From an uncultured bacterium (GTDB lineage: Bacteria > Patescibacteriota > Minisyncoccia > Phycocordibacterales > GWA1-40-21), in the NCBI GenBank assembly GCA_903831305.1, contig CAIKXE010000005.1:11288-75287 (forward strand): 64,000 nucleotides of DNA. The letters run 5' to 3'. Positions 20,612 to 29,883 of this stretch are shown here, piece by piece. The notes below the pieces were generated by a model that was not told where the DNA came from, ran no database searches, and was given only the letters and a program-made list of their open reading frames with translations. Within the stretch, counting starts at the first letter, position 1. Each line of letters opens with the position of its first letter. The position numbers and the translations under genes were made by a program.

Positions 20612-20642
20612 CTATTCACCCATTCGCGCGAATGGTTCCATA
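20612..20642. repeat. second copy of CCATTCGYRCGAATGG palindrome
   Basis: 28/31 identical to 21989-22019. Confidence 0.9.
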
Positions 20643-20656
20643 GACTGGGGGGAACA

Positions 20657-20693
20657 AAGGTGAGACCTTGAATCTCCAAAAAGGTCTCACCTT
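20657..20693. repeat. inverted pair of short REP-like palindromes
   Basis: aaggtgagacctt ... aaggtctcacctt. Confidence 0.75.
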
Positions 20694-20794
20694 AAAGAGT
20701 AGTCGAAATATTTTTAATAAAAGGTACCTTGCTGTGCCCGCCCGAAGCCATGTGTCCAGCGAGACATTAGCGAAGGAGGGACACCTTTTTTGCC

Positions 20795-21838
20795 TTATTT
20801 TAGCCTTTTTGCAAGATATTCTCTTTCTTTTCTAATAAATTCTGCTCCCTTTTGATAATCTCCATTATTCACAAAGTCTCTGACTCGACGCGGATTAATA
20901 CCATGCTTTTCAACGACATCCCATAATTTTTGGGCATTTCCATCTAAAGAAGCGGCTCGCATGATCTCTGGCCCAACCAATGTTTCCAATTCCCTGGATA
21001 GCGCAAATTCATCTCCGTTATTTATATGACCTTCCATGTATCTCTTCGTCTCGTCGTCTTCTGTGCTTTCCCGCATATCCTTAAATAATAATTCAGCCGA
21101 CAGATGATCGGTAATCATTTCGTTTAAATTTTTATTCTTCAATTCTCTCTTACCAGAAACCAAATCAATTCTTCCTGTTTGCACGCCAGAACAAAATTCA
21201 CAACAATTGTCATGAAACTCTATCTTACTAAAAGATATTGCGTGCATCATCTCGTGTAATAAAAAATGCCTTAAGGTCATCCGCCCAACAAATTCCCTGT
21301 ATCTATCGGGGTGCTCTTGCACAGTCTCCGCAATTATTTCGCGCAATTCTGCAATAAGTCGCTTATTAATGTTCACTTGATGCCTTTGAGGGTCATAAAA
21401 AATAATTCTCGCAAAACCATCTAGTCCAGTGGCGCTAATATAATTTTCATACTCATCTCCATCGATCAACGCATACCTTACATCGTCCAAGCGCTCCATC
21501 CTATCGGGATAATTAGTGGCAACCAACCTCAAGTTGTCTGTCACAGCTTTTTGGACCCAATCTATCCCCATATTTTCCGCCAATTCTCTAGAAAAACCTT
21601 CTACAGAAAGCGCATAGCTATCCCTGTCAATGAATTTGTAAAAATTTGTAGTGTCTATTGGGGCGCCATCCTTTATTAACAAATCGACAAGTTTTCCCGG
21701 AAAACCTATTTTAGTGCCTTGCAAATCTTCTTTCACGCTTTCTGCTAAATAAGCCAGCCTTTGCTGCAAATCAGTTGTGTCTGTCACTAGCGATGATTCA
21801 TTGGTGGTATTCACATCTCTATTTGCAGTTTCTACCAT
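20795..21838 (-). CDS. hypothetical protein, putative zincin metallopeptidase fold
   Basis: LLHEMMHAIS (HExxH) with downstream NEMIT third-ligand motif. Confidence 0.65.
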   Translation of the reverse strand: MVETANRDVNTTNESSLVTDTTDLQQRLAYLAESVKEDLQGTKIGFPGKLVDLLIKDGAPIDTTNFYKFIDRDSYALSVEGFSRELAENMGIDWVQKAVTDNLRLVATNYPDRMERLDDVRYALIDGDEYENYISATGLDGFARIIFYDPQRHQVNINKRLIAELREIIAETVQEHPDRYREFVGRMTLRHFLLHEMMHAISFSKIEFHDNCCEFCSGVQTGRIDLVSGKRELKNKNLNEMITDHLSAELLFKDMRESTEDDETKRYMEGHINNGDEFALSRELETLVGPEIMRAASLDGNAQKLWDVVEKHGINPRRVRDFVNNGDYQKGAEFIRKEREYLAKRLK

Positions 21839-21988
21839 AAATTTAAATTAGTTAATAATGATTATATTATAAACCCATTTCCCCGAGGATTCAAACCATC
21901 CATCTATTTTTTAAAAGGTTCCTGACACCTTTTTCTCCTTTTTTCTAAAACCTATTCGCCTATTTTGGCGAATGCAGTCAATTTTTTC

Positions 21989-22019
21989 CTATTTACCCAT
22001 TCGTACGAATGGTTCCATA
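21989..22019. repeat. third copy of CCATTCGYRCGAATGG palindrome
   Basis: ctatttacccattcgtacgaatggttccata. Confidence 0.9.
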
Positions 22020-22100
22020 AACCGTACGAAGTCTTTGGGTCAGGAGTAGTATGATTCCGACGATTATGAGTATGAATAGGATGATTTGTATGGTTTTCAT
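21993..22100 (-). CDS. 35-aa single-TM ORF running into the palindrome (possibly truncated)
   Basis: Hand translation MKTIQIILFILIIVGIILLLTQRLRTVYGTIRTNG*. Confidence 0.5.
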   Translation of the reverse strand: MKTIQIILFILIIVGIILLLTQRLRTVYGTIRTNG

Positions 22101-22105
22101 ATTGA

Positions 22106-22279
22106 TTAATTTTTGCTTTTTTCTTCGCCAATTTCACCTTTTCGGGTATTCTTTTCGATTTTTTCTAGCAACTCCTCTATTCTATTTATTTTCCAATACC
22201 ACAGAATAATTTCACGAAAAATAAAAAATGCAAACCCAACAATACCTATTCCGATCAAAATCAAACCAATATTACTCAT
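22106..22279 (-). CDS. 57-aa single-TM protein (not in ORF track)
   Basis: Hand translation MSNIGLILIGIGIVGFAFFIFREIILWYWKINRIEELLEKIEKNTRKGEIGEEKSKN*. Confidence 0.7.
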   Translation of the reverse strand: MSNIGLILIGIGIVGFAFFIFREIILWYWKINRIEELLEKIEKNTRKGEIGEEKSKN

Positions 22280-22293
22280 GATATTAAATTTTT

Positions 22294-22470
22294 TTATTTA
22301 AATAAATTAATAAAAGCCTGTTTATAATCTCCACTATACAGATTTTGATTAATATTTCCAATATAGTTGCCGGACCCTGAATTATTATAAATCTTATCTG
22401 TCATAAAAAAATAAATACCTATTGATATAATTAGAAATAATATTAAAATATAGAGCCGTGCATTCTTCAT
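22294..22470 (-). CDS. 58-aa single-TM protein (not in ORF track)
   Basis: MKNARLYILILFLIISIGIYFFMTDKIY...; ATG 6 nt after TGaTATAAT. Confidence 0.6.
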   Translation of the reverse strand: MKNARLYILILFLIISIGIYFFMTDKIYNNSGSGNYIGNINQNLYSGDYKQAFINLFK

Positions 22471-22532
22471 AGGGATATTATATCAAGGTTTTTAAATATA
22501 CAAAAGAAGTAAAAATAAATACTTTTCATACA

Positions 22533-24278
22533 TTATATTTTCCAAGCATCATTATATGCTCTTTTTGCAAGTTTTTTTGTTCTTTCGTTTATATTTTTAA
22601 TTACTTCATCAGATGTTTTCATTTTTTCATTTTTCCACTCGTTAATTAAAACTTTGACCTCAGGAAGATTTTGAATTTCCATTTCCTTAAAAGTATCAAG
22701 TTTTTCTTTAATATTTTTATTTTGTTCTGAACCATTCGTATGTTTACTTATAACCAAAAGGTTCCCTATACTATCGATGTACTCTCCAACTTCATCCTCA
22801 TTAAAATTATAATTATCCATATTTTGAGATATAAGATGATCTATATCATAATTTCTCCTAAGAAGCTTTTTGTCTGAGTTATAAATCTCAATATATTGTC
22901 CTCCTTTTCTGTCGATATTATTTAGACGATCAAAAATATAATAAATTAGATTTGAATTCAAGCCATATGTAAGTTCGGAAAACTTTTCGACAAATTCCCC
23001 TTCTTTTACCAGTTTTTCATCTCTTAATTCTTTATTAATTTTTTCAATAAAACTAATAAAATTATTTTTATTTACCTTTTCCCTACATTTGTCTGCATAG
23101 TATTTTTCTATTTGGTTCCCAGGTCTTTGGCAAATTGCGTAATTAATAAAATGAAACTTTTCTAACATATAAATAAATTCTCGGAATTTTTTTGATAATT
23201 TTTCCTTTATGTCTTTGTCATTTGTTAAGTCAATAATAGTTAAGAGTTTAACGATAAGGGGATATGCCTGTGTTACACCAAATAGCTGGAGAGCATCTAG
23301 GCTTCGATTCAAGGTTTTTGCCTCATATTCCTTCCTAAAAAAGTCATTTTTACTTTCAACTGCCCACTCCAAAATTGATTCATATGAGCAGCTAACTATT
23401 ATAGAATAAAAATATGAAAAATCCTTCATCTCAGATAATAATTTACTTGCCCCAATGTTTTCGCCATACTTTTTAAGAAGTTTAAATAATAATTTTTTTT
23501 GTACAAGCCCAAAAATAGACACATAAAAGTATTTAATCATTCGAAGAACATTTCCAGAAGAGTTTTCAATAATAGTATTCCAGTCCTCTTCTGTCTTTTT
23601 GGAATTATTATTTTGGAATAAATAGTTTTTTAATAAATCAGCGGCGTTTAATTCCATACCTCTTGCATTTGTTCTTTCAAATATATCAAATGCATCTTGT
23701 GTATCCTCAATTTCTATTTTTACAAAGGTACTTTCATATAATTTTTTCAGTAGCTCAGACAAATCATCCTTATTAAATTTTGAAATGTGCTCAATAAAAA
23801 AATCATAGAGGGGTTTAATCCTGTTTGTTTGCCTTTGTTTATTTTTTAAGTTAAAGCTTTTTCCGTCCCAGTCGTGATTAGTAATTGTCTCATTAAAAAC
23901 TTCAATGATTGATGATGAGGGTATTAGTTTTGATGAACTAGCCTTACCTGAGGTATCATCTATGAAGGAAATCTTAGACTGAATAGCAGATGCTAAATCA
24001 TGAGAGTTTAGCTTTATTGCTTGATATCTACATGCGGCTAAAAAAATAAAAATGGTCGTTATTCTTTGTTGACCATCAACTATCGAGATTTCAGCCTCTT
24101 TCTCATTATTTACGTCTAGTACTATTGTGCCTAGGAATACAGGCTCTGAAGAAACATCATCCCAAAATTCCTCTATCTGATCCTTTTTCCATTCAAAGTT
24201 TCTCTGATATTCTGGGACAACATATTTAACACTTTCATCTAGTAAACTCCTAACTTTCTTTAATTCAGATTTAATCAT
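22533..24278 (-). CDS. DUF262 + DUF1524 (HNH) protein, GmrSD/SspE-like nuclease
   Basis: VPEYQRNFEW, VDGQQRITT, FERTNARG, DIDHLISQ...IGNLLVISKHTN; AT-rich. Confidence 0.88.
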   Translation of the reverse strand: MIKSELKKVRSLLDESVKYVVPEYQRNFEWKKDQIEEFWDDVSSEPVFLGTIVLDVNNEKEAEISIVDGQQRITTIFIFLAACRYQAIKLNSHDLASAIQSKISFIDDTSGKASSSKLIPSSSIIEVFNETITNHDWDGKSFNLKNKQRQTNRIKPLYDFFIEHISKFNKDDLSELLKKLYESTFVKIEIEDTQDAFDIFERTNARGMELNAADLLKNYLFQNNNSKKTEEDWNTIIENSSGNVLRMIKYFYVSIFGLVQKKLLFKLLKKYGENIGASKLLSEMKDFSYFYSIIVSCSYESILEWAVESKNDFFRKEYEAKTLNRSLDALQLFGVTQAYPLIVKLLTIIDLTNDKDIKEKLSKKFREFIYMLEKFHFINYAICQRPGNQIEKYYADKCREKVNKNNFISFIEKINKELRDEKLVKEGEFVEKFSELTYGLNSNLIYYIFDRLNNIDRKGGQYIEIYNSDKKLLRRNYDIDHLISQNMDNYNFNEDEVGEYIDSIGNLLVISKHTNGSEQNKNIKEKLDTFKEMEIQNLPEVKVLINEWKNEKMKTSDEVIKNINERTKKLAKRAYNDAWKI

Positions 24279-24327
24279 ATATATATTATAGTACTAAATT
24301 ACAATCCTGACCATTTTTTAAGTATTG

Positions 24328-24564
24328 TCAATTAAATATTGTACCAGGATAATCTAGCATCCCAACTATTGATGACGTTCCATTAACGGCTGAAGATACT
24401 CTAATTAGGCCTCCAAAATTACTTGCAGAGTATGATTCTTCAAGGGAATGAGGTTCTTCTTTAGTAAGACATTTCTCACAAACCAGACTGACGCTACTGT
24501 TAATAGATAATAGTACAATGAACGTAGTTGCCCCACAAATTTTGCATTTGCTAGTTAGACCCAT
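24328..24564 (-). CDS. small putative zinc-ribbon protein
   Basis: CKIC...CEKC; ATG 7 nt after TGaTATCAT. Confidence 0.55.
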   Translation of the reverse strand: MGLTSKCKICGATTFIVLLSINSSVSLVCEKCLTKEEPHSLEESYSASNFGGLIRVSSAVNGTSSIVGMLDYPGTIFN

Positions 24565-24596
24565 AACTGTGATGATATCACAAAAAAGCTGATTGT

Positions 24597-25016
24597 CTAT
24601 TCAAAATCAATTTCTAATGGATACATACCCATACCGCAGGAGCCGCGGAAGAGGCCGGGAGTGGAGGTGCCGAGGGAGATGTCTGTGGTGCCGGTTTGGG
24701 GAAGAATTTTACTGAGGCCTAGGCTGGGTAGGCGGACAGATAAGGAACAGTCAAAGGTACCGTTGGTGCTGAAACGGATCACGGTGGGTATCCCCGCCTT
24801 ACCGAGGCTTCGTCTTGGGGAATAACCACCTTTGGCTTCTAGGGTGATGATTTGCACGCCGTTCTCCACGCTGACATTGTTGGTTGAAGTCACCGAGGAA
24901 ATTCCTTTTTGGGGATTCAAGGAATCACCTCGTTGGCTGTTTTTGAAATTCAGAAATATTATTCCACCGACAATTACTGCTACTATTATAATTGATATTG
25001 TAGTTGATTTATTCAT
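24597..25016 (-). CDS. cupredoxin-domain protein
   Basis: GGYSP, FDC, SCGMGMY; part of the copper operon. Confidence 0.85.
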   Translation of the reverse strand: MNKSTTISIIIVAVIVGGIIFLNFKNSQRGDSLNPQKGISSVTSTNNVSVENGVQIITLEAKGGYSPRRSLGKAGIPTVIRFSTNGTFDCSLSVRLPSLGLSKILPQTGTTDISLGTSTPGLFRGSCGMGMYPLEIDFE

Positions 25017-25020
25017 ATTT

Positions 25021-26103
25021 TTAGAAGTTGAATACTGGCGATATTAGACCAATTATCACCAGGCTGTTAATAAGGTTGAATATACCGAAGAAGATGACGA
25101 TAAGGCCGGCGGTTTTGAAGAATATACCGCTTTGCGCCTTCTTGTGGATGCCAAGAGAGCTAAAGCTGAGTAAGGCGAGGACGGGCAAGGTACCAAGGGC
25201 AAAGGAAAACATAATCAGAGAACCAGTCCAAAAACTACCAGTGGACAGCGCATAGATCTGCATTGATTGCGTAAAACCACAGGGCAGGAAGAAAGTGATG
25301 ATACCCACTAAAATGGGTGTCAAGCTATGGTTTAGATTCTTCACGTTGTGGAACCTCTTGCCAATAAAGCTGGGAATGGTTGGCTGAAGCTTTTTAAGCC
25401 AAGGGAAAATGTCCAAGAGGTTTAGACCGAGGATAAGAAGGACAATGGCCACCAGGAAGCTCAGAATAAATGTGCCGGTACCGCCAAGCTGAAAGGACGA
25501 ACCAAGGAGGCCAATGACACCACCAAGGAGAAAGAAGGAAACTAAACGGCCAAGGTGAAACAGGACTTGGGGGCGGACTTTATCACCCGATTGTGCGAAG
25601 TTTGCCGACATGGAGAGGACGAGTCCCCCCACCACGGCCATACAGGAAGACACGGAGGCAATGAGGCCGATCATGAAGGCGGTGCTGTAACTAATTTGGG
25701 AAGCATTAATCAAATTTACAATGCCTAGTTTTTGCAGGAGGATGAAGAAGGTAATGAAAGCGATAGTGATAGGGATGGCGATTTTAAAATCTGACCATTT
25801 GGCCTGGTGAGCTTGTCTTTCTAGAAGCACGCTATAGCCGTGGGGTTTTAAAATTATGCTTAAATCCTGCGCAATATGTTCTGGTGTTTTATCACCAAAG
25901 TTCCCTGTTATTTCCACACTGTTATTTGTGAGTGACGGTTTGACGTTAGTCACTTCCGGTAACTCCTTCAACTCTGACTCAATGAGGATGGTGCAGGCCG
26001 TGCAATGCATGCCTTGGACGTGGAAGATGTATGTCTGGGGATTTCTTATCCCGTACGAAATTTTACTAGGGCAGTTTATTTTTATTTTATTTTCGTTATT
26101 CAT
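25021..26103 (-). CDS. HMA domain + DsbD_2/TauE-like membrane protein
   Basis: GMHCTAC, SSCMAVVGG, FFLPCGFTQ. Confidence 0.88.
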   Translation of the reverse strand: MNNENKIKINCPSKISYGIRNPQTYIFHVQGMHCTACTILIESELKELPEVTNVKPSLTNNSVEITGNFGDKTPEHIAQDLSIILKPHGYSVLLERQAHQAKWSDFKIAIPITIAFITFFILLQKLGIVNLINASQISYSTAFMIGLIASVSSCMAVVGGLVLSMSANFAQSGDKVRPQVLFHLGRLVSFFLLGGVIGLLGSSFQLGGTGTFILSFLVAIVLLILGLNLLDIFPWLKKLQPTIPSFIGKRFHNVKNLNHSLTPILVGIITFFLPCGFTQSMQIYALSTGSFWTGSLIMFSFALGTLPVLALLSFSSLGIHKKAQSGIFFKTAGLIVIFFGIFNLINSLVIIGLISPVFNF

Positions 26104-26151
26104 AAATTTATATTATATTTCGTTTCAATCTTAATGAATTTCTGACGGGAC

Positions 26152-28458
26152 TTACAGTTTTTTAGTTTTTAAACGCAGGGAGTTTGAGACCACGGAGACA
26201 CTACTACCCGCCATAGCAAGCCCAGCAAAGATAGGGTTCAGCATTATCCCCCACAGTGGGTACAAGAGGCCGGCCGCGATAGGTATGCCGACAATATTAT
26301 AAATAAACGCCCAGAATAAATTTTGCTTCACGGTGCGAATGGTGGCTTTGGCTAAAATTACTGCCTGCGCTATTTTCCGGATATCTCCACCCAGTAAAGT
26401 AATACCCGCGGACTCAATGGCTACATCCGTCCCGGTGGCCATGGCTATTCCCACATCCGCTTGGACCAAGGCTGGTGCATCATTGATGCCATCCCCAGCC
26501 ATAGCTACAATTCTCCCTTCAGCTTGCAACTCTTTGATTTTATTAGCCTTCTCGTGGGGTAGAACTTCCGCTATGACTTCATCAATCCCCGCTTGATCCG
26601 CAATGTGCTTGGCTGCCAGCTTGTTATCCCCAGTCAGCATGATGGTTTTCAGGCCCCTTTTATGCAGACTAACGATGGCTTGGACCGCTTCATCTTTCAA
26701 AGTATCCGCGAGAGCAATAAGGCCGATGGTTTGATTGTTTTGCTCTATTACTACCACTGTCTTGCCTTGCTTTTGAAGAGTGACTATTTCCGGTAAATTT
26801 AAATCTGCGGACTGTGGCTTATGGATGTCTATTTTTTCATTATTTATATTTCCTTCCACCCCCACGCCTTCCAAGGAATTAAAATCCTGAACATTGGCTA
26901 GTTCGATGTTTTCTTTTTTTGCCCGTTTTACAATAGCTTGAGCTAAGGGATGCTCAGAATGATTCTCCAGACTGGCAGATAATTCTAGGATTTTATTTTG
27001 GCTTAAACTTTTGTCTAAGATAATTATATCCGTCACTTCCGGTTCGCCTTTGGTGATAGTGCCGGTTTTGTCAAAGACGATAGTGGTGACCTGTGCCAGC
27101 CTTTCCAGGCTTTCCGCATTCTTGATCAAGATGCCGTATTGTGCGCCCTTACCCACGCCGACGATGATAGCCGTGGGGGTGGCGAGTCCCAGGGCACAAG
27201 GGCAAGCAATCACCAGGATGCCCACAAAGGAGACCAAGGCAAAAGATAGGGCTTGGGAGAACGGCATAAAATATGATCCAGCAATGAGCCAGGTACCAAG
27301 AGCCAGGATGGCCAGGCCAAGGACTATAGGCACAAAGACACTGGAGATTTTGTCTGCCAGGGCCTGGATAGGAGCCTTGGAACCTTGGGCTTCCGCTACC
27401 ATCTTGATGATTTGAGCGAGTACGGTATCACTGCCTACCTTGGTGGCTTTGAATTTAAAACTACCTTGCTTGTTTATAGTGGCGCCTACCACCTGATCAC
27501 CCACTACTTTATCTACCGGGATAGACTCGCCGGTAATCATAGCCTCATCAATAGCGGATTGCCCTTCTGTAATCTGTCCATCCACGGGGATTTTCATCCC
27601 AGGTTTGACGATAATAATATCCCCAATTTTGACTTCACTAATGGGGATTTCCACTTCTTGATTATTACGGAAGACCAGAGCGGTCTTGGCTTGGAGACCG
27701 ATGAGCTTCTCAATGGCGTCACCAGTTTTTAATTTTGAGCGGGCTTCCAGATATTTTCCGAGAGTAATAAATGCGATGACCACAATCACTACGTCAAAAT
27801 AAACTTGTTCCACATTTATAAATGATTTTAAACTTTCCTCAAAAGCACCCACAATAAAGCTGTAAAGGTAAGCCACGCTGGTGCCGAGGCCAATCAGGGT
27901 GTCCATATTGGCCTTACCATAACGGAAGAAGCGGTATAGACCAAGCAAATATGGCCGGCCAACAATAAATATGGTGTACGTGGCGAGAACGGGTAAAAGA
28001 TGATGAAAGAATTCACTCCAAAAGAGGGACATCTCTGGTACTGTTTTAAATTGGGCAAGAATATCCCAGGTCATGACAAAGATACTGACGAGGACCATGG
28101 GGATGAGGGTATAAAGCTTGATGCGCATATCCTTTAGCTCAGCTAGCTTTTCATTTTTGCTTTGATTTAAACCCAAATGAGCAGCGTGCTCATCAGCGGA
28201 CATGTGCATGGATTCAGCTGTGCCAGTCATCTCCATATCATGGGTCACGGGGATATCTAAAGTGTAGCCAAACTTTTCAATCTTGGCGGATAGATTTTCT
28301 GGCGAGGTTTTTGTCTCATCAAAAGAGAGTTTGACGGCCTCTGTTCCGTAACTAACATCCGCTGACTCTACTCCCGGTTCTTTTTTAAATGCCTTTTCAA
28401 TGATACTGGCACAGGAGGCGCAGTGCATACCCTTTATCTTGTAAATTTGATTTTTCAT
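26152..28458 (-). CDS. copA: Cu(+)-translocating P1B-type ATPase
   Basis: [39 protein letters not shown] and M..SS ligands. Confidence 0.95.
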   Translation of the reverse strand: MKNQIYKIKGMHCASCASIIEKAFKKEPGVESADVSYGTEAVKLSFDETKTSPENLSAKIEKFGYTLDIPVTHDMEMTGTAESMHMSADEHAAHLGLNQSKNEKLAELKDMRIKLYTLIPMVLVSIFVMTWDILAQFKTVPEMSLFWSEFFHHLLPVLATYTIFIVGRPYLLGLYRFFRYGKANMDTLIGLGTSVAYLYSFIVGAFEESLKSFINVEQVYFDVVIVVIAFITLGKYLEARSKLKTGDAIEKLIGLQAKTALVFRNNQEVEIPISEVKIGDIIIVKPGMKIPVDGQITEGQSAIDEAMITGESIPVDKVVGDQVVGATINKQGSFKFKATKVGSDTVLAQIIKMVAEAQGSKAPIQALADKISSVFVPIVLGLAILALGTWLIAGSYFMPFSQALSFALVSFVGILVIACPCALGLATPTAIIVGVGKGAQYGILIKNAESLERLAQVTTIVFDKTGTITKGEPEVTDIIILDKSLSQNKILELSASLENHSEHPLAQAIVKRAKKENIELANVQDFNSLEGVGVEGNINNEKIDIHKPQSADLNLPEIVTLQKQGKTVVVIEQNNQTIGLIALADTLKDEAVQAIVSLHKRGLKTIMLTGDNKLAAKHIADQAGIDEVIAEVLPHEKANKIKELQAEGRIVAMAGDGINDAPALVQADVGIAMATGTDVAIESAGITLLGGDIRKIAQAVILAKATIRTVKQNLFWAFIYNIVGIPIAAGLLYPLWGIMLNPIFAGLAMAGSSVSVVSNSLRLKTKKL

Positions 28459-28477
28459 TTGTTTTTTTGTTACTTCT

Positions 28478-28592
28478 GACAGGATCAAATACTAATTAAT
28501 TTTTTTGGTCCTCGCGTCTTTTGCCGGCCTTGATCAGCTATAAGGCCGGGTCAAAACCAGACTCAAAAAAATCAATTGTATTTTCTCCTGTC
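28478..28592. repeat. palindromic element, variant core
   Basis: Arms gacagga../..tcctgtc around ggtcctcgcgtc...caaaaccagactc. Confidence 0.75.
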
Positions 28593-28630
28593 TCGATCCC
28601 TCAGACAATCAAAATTTGAATGTTTTTTAT

Positions 28631-28723
28631 TACTGAGACAAAAGTAATCAAATTTTTCGGTCCTCGGGTCGCCATAGGCAGGGCTCAACCAGACACTCAA
28701 AATTTAATTCTTTTGTCTCAGTA
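28631..28723. repeat. palindromic element, core shared with alr insertion
   Basis: Arms tactgagacaaaag/cttttgtctcagta around the 50-bp core. Confidence 0.9.
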
Positions 28724-28725
28724 TA

Positions 28726-29013
28726 TTACATACGTTTTAACTTATAAACTTTTAAAATCTCTGCCTGGGCTTTGGCAGCTTTGCCATGTTTGATCTGATC
28801 CAGGGCACAAGTCATCAGATGCCCTTCCATTAAAATATCCTCTACGCCGGAGAGAGCCTGCTTTACGGCGGAGGTCTGGGTGATGATATCAATACAATAA
28901 ATACCCCGCTCCACCATCTCCTTTAGCCCCCTCACTTGCCCCTCAATTATTTGTAAACGCCGATACACTTTTTGTCTTTCTTGCCCGATATTTTTTTTAG
29001 GGTCTTTATTCAT
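28726..29013 (-). CDS. csoR: CsoR family copper-sensing repressor
   Basis: RLQIIEGQVRG, YCIDIITQ, GHLMTC; upstream of copA. Confidence 0.92.
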   Translation of the reverse strand: MNKDPKKNIGQERQKVYRRLQIIEGQVRGLKEMVERGIYCIDIITQTSAVKQALSGVEDILMEGHLMTCALDQIKHGKAAKAQAEILKVYKLKRM

Positions 29014-29019
29014 CCACCC

Positions 29020-29047
29020 ATTATATACCCCCAGGGGGTATTGTCAA
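29020..29047 (-). promoter_or_regulatory. csoR-copA promoter with CsoR operator in the spacer
   Basis: TTGACA-16-TATAAT; palindrome ATACCCCC-A-GGGGGTAT at 29025-29041. Confidence 0.88.
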
Positions 29048-29053
29048 CTAAAT

Positions 29054-29087
29054 TAAAAAACCACCCTCAAATTTGGGTGGTTTTTTA
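29054..29087. terminator. terminator after khpA
   Basis: taaaaaaccaccc-tcaaattt-gggtggtttttta. Confidence 0.8.
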
Positions 29088-29099
29088 TTTAAAATTTGA

Positions 29100-29435
29100 T
29101 TAGAGACCGAGGCTAGCCATAGCTTCATCCACTGTCTTGGAAGCCTTAGGCTCCGGTGAAGCGGTAGTTCTCATCTCAGGCTTGAGTCCCCCTTCTGGCT
29201 CACTGATCTTAAGATTAACCCTGGAGTTATTCTTCATACCAACGACGCGTAAAAGAGTTCTGATAGCCTTGGCGGTGTTTCCCATCCGTCCAATGACCTT
29301 GCCCATATCAGCAGCATTGACATCAAGAGTAAGTAATACACCCATCTCATCCACTGTCCTCTTAATCTTTACATCACTTGGATTATCTACCAAACCTTTG
29401 ACAATATAATCCAAAAACTGTGTATCCATTTCCAT
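29100..29435 (-). CDS. khpA: KH-domain RNA-binding protein
   Basis: IVKGLVDNP, DMGKVIGRMGNTAKAIRTLL; near rpsP. Confidence 0.92.
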   Translation of the reverse strand: MEMDTQFLDYIVKGLVDNPSDVKIKRTVDEMGVLLTLDVNAADMGKVIGRMGNTAKAIRTLLRVVGMKNNSRVNLKISEPEGGLKPEMRTTASPEPKASKTVDEAMASLGL

Positions 29436-29569
29436 TGTATTTGTATTTTCGTTAATTCATTCGGCAGTAGTTCGACCTGTAATTATTTAATAATACTGCA
29501 TGCCCGGCTACCTTATTGTATCCTGGCCTTGATAAATATTACCACAATTAAAAATATGGTGCAAGAAAA

Positions 29570-29830
29570 CTAATTTGCCGTGGGACACACAAACTCACAT
29601 TTTGAACCAGAGCGACCGACATAAGAACCATCGGGGCACAGCTTGGCATCCATGGTACAGGCTACAGGTTCAGCCGGTTTAGTAGAGGTTGCCACTGGTG
29701 GAAATATCTCCGGCCTTACTTCTTTTTCTACTCTTTCATTTGTAAAAAAATAAACCCCACCACCCAAAACTAATAAGGCAATAACAGCTATTAAGGCAGG
29801 AGCTACGAAACCTTTTTGTAAGTTTTTCAT
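29570..29830 (-). CDS. small exported protein with pilin-like N-terminus and Cys-rich motif
   Basis: QKGF plus TM helix; CTMDAKLCPDGSYVGRSGSKCEFVCP. Confidence 0.75.
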   Translation of the reverse strand: MKNLQKGFVAPALIAVIALLVLGGGVYFFTNERVEKEVRPEIFPPVATSTKPAEPVACTMDAKLCPDGSYVGRSGSKCEFVCPTAN

Positions 29831-29845
29831 ATTGGTATTATAACA

Positions 29846-29880
29846 TAAAATCACCCTGAGAGACTCTCAGGGTGATTTTA
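29846..29880. terminator. perfect hairpin after rpsP
   Basis: taaaatcaccctgagag-a-ctctcagggtgatttta. Confidence 0.75.
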
Positions 29881-29883
29881 GTT

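Noticed and set aside
21952-22301. Track ORFs 21952-22137(-) and 22113-22301(+)
   Set aside because: Alternative frames or antisense of the three small TM ORFs, which tile the region better.
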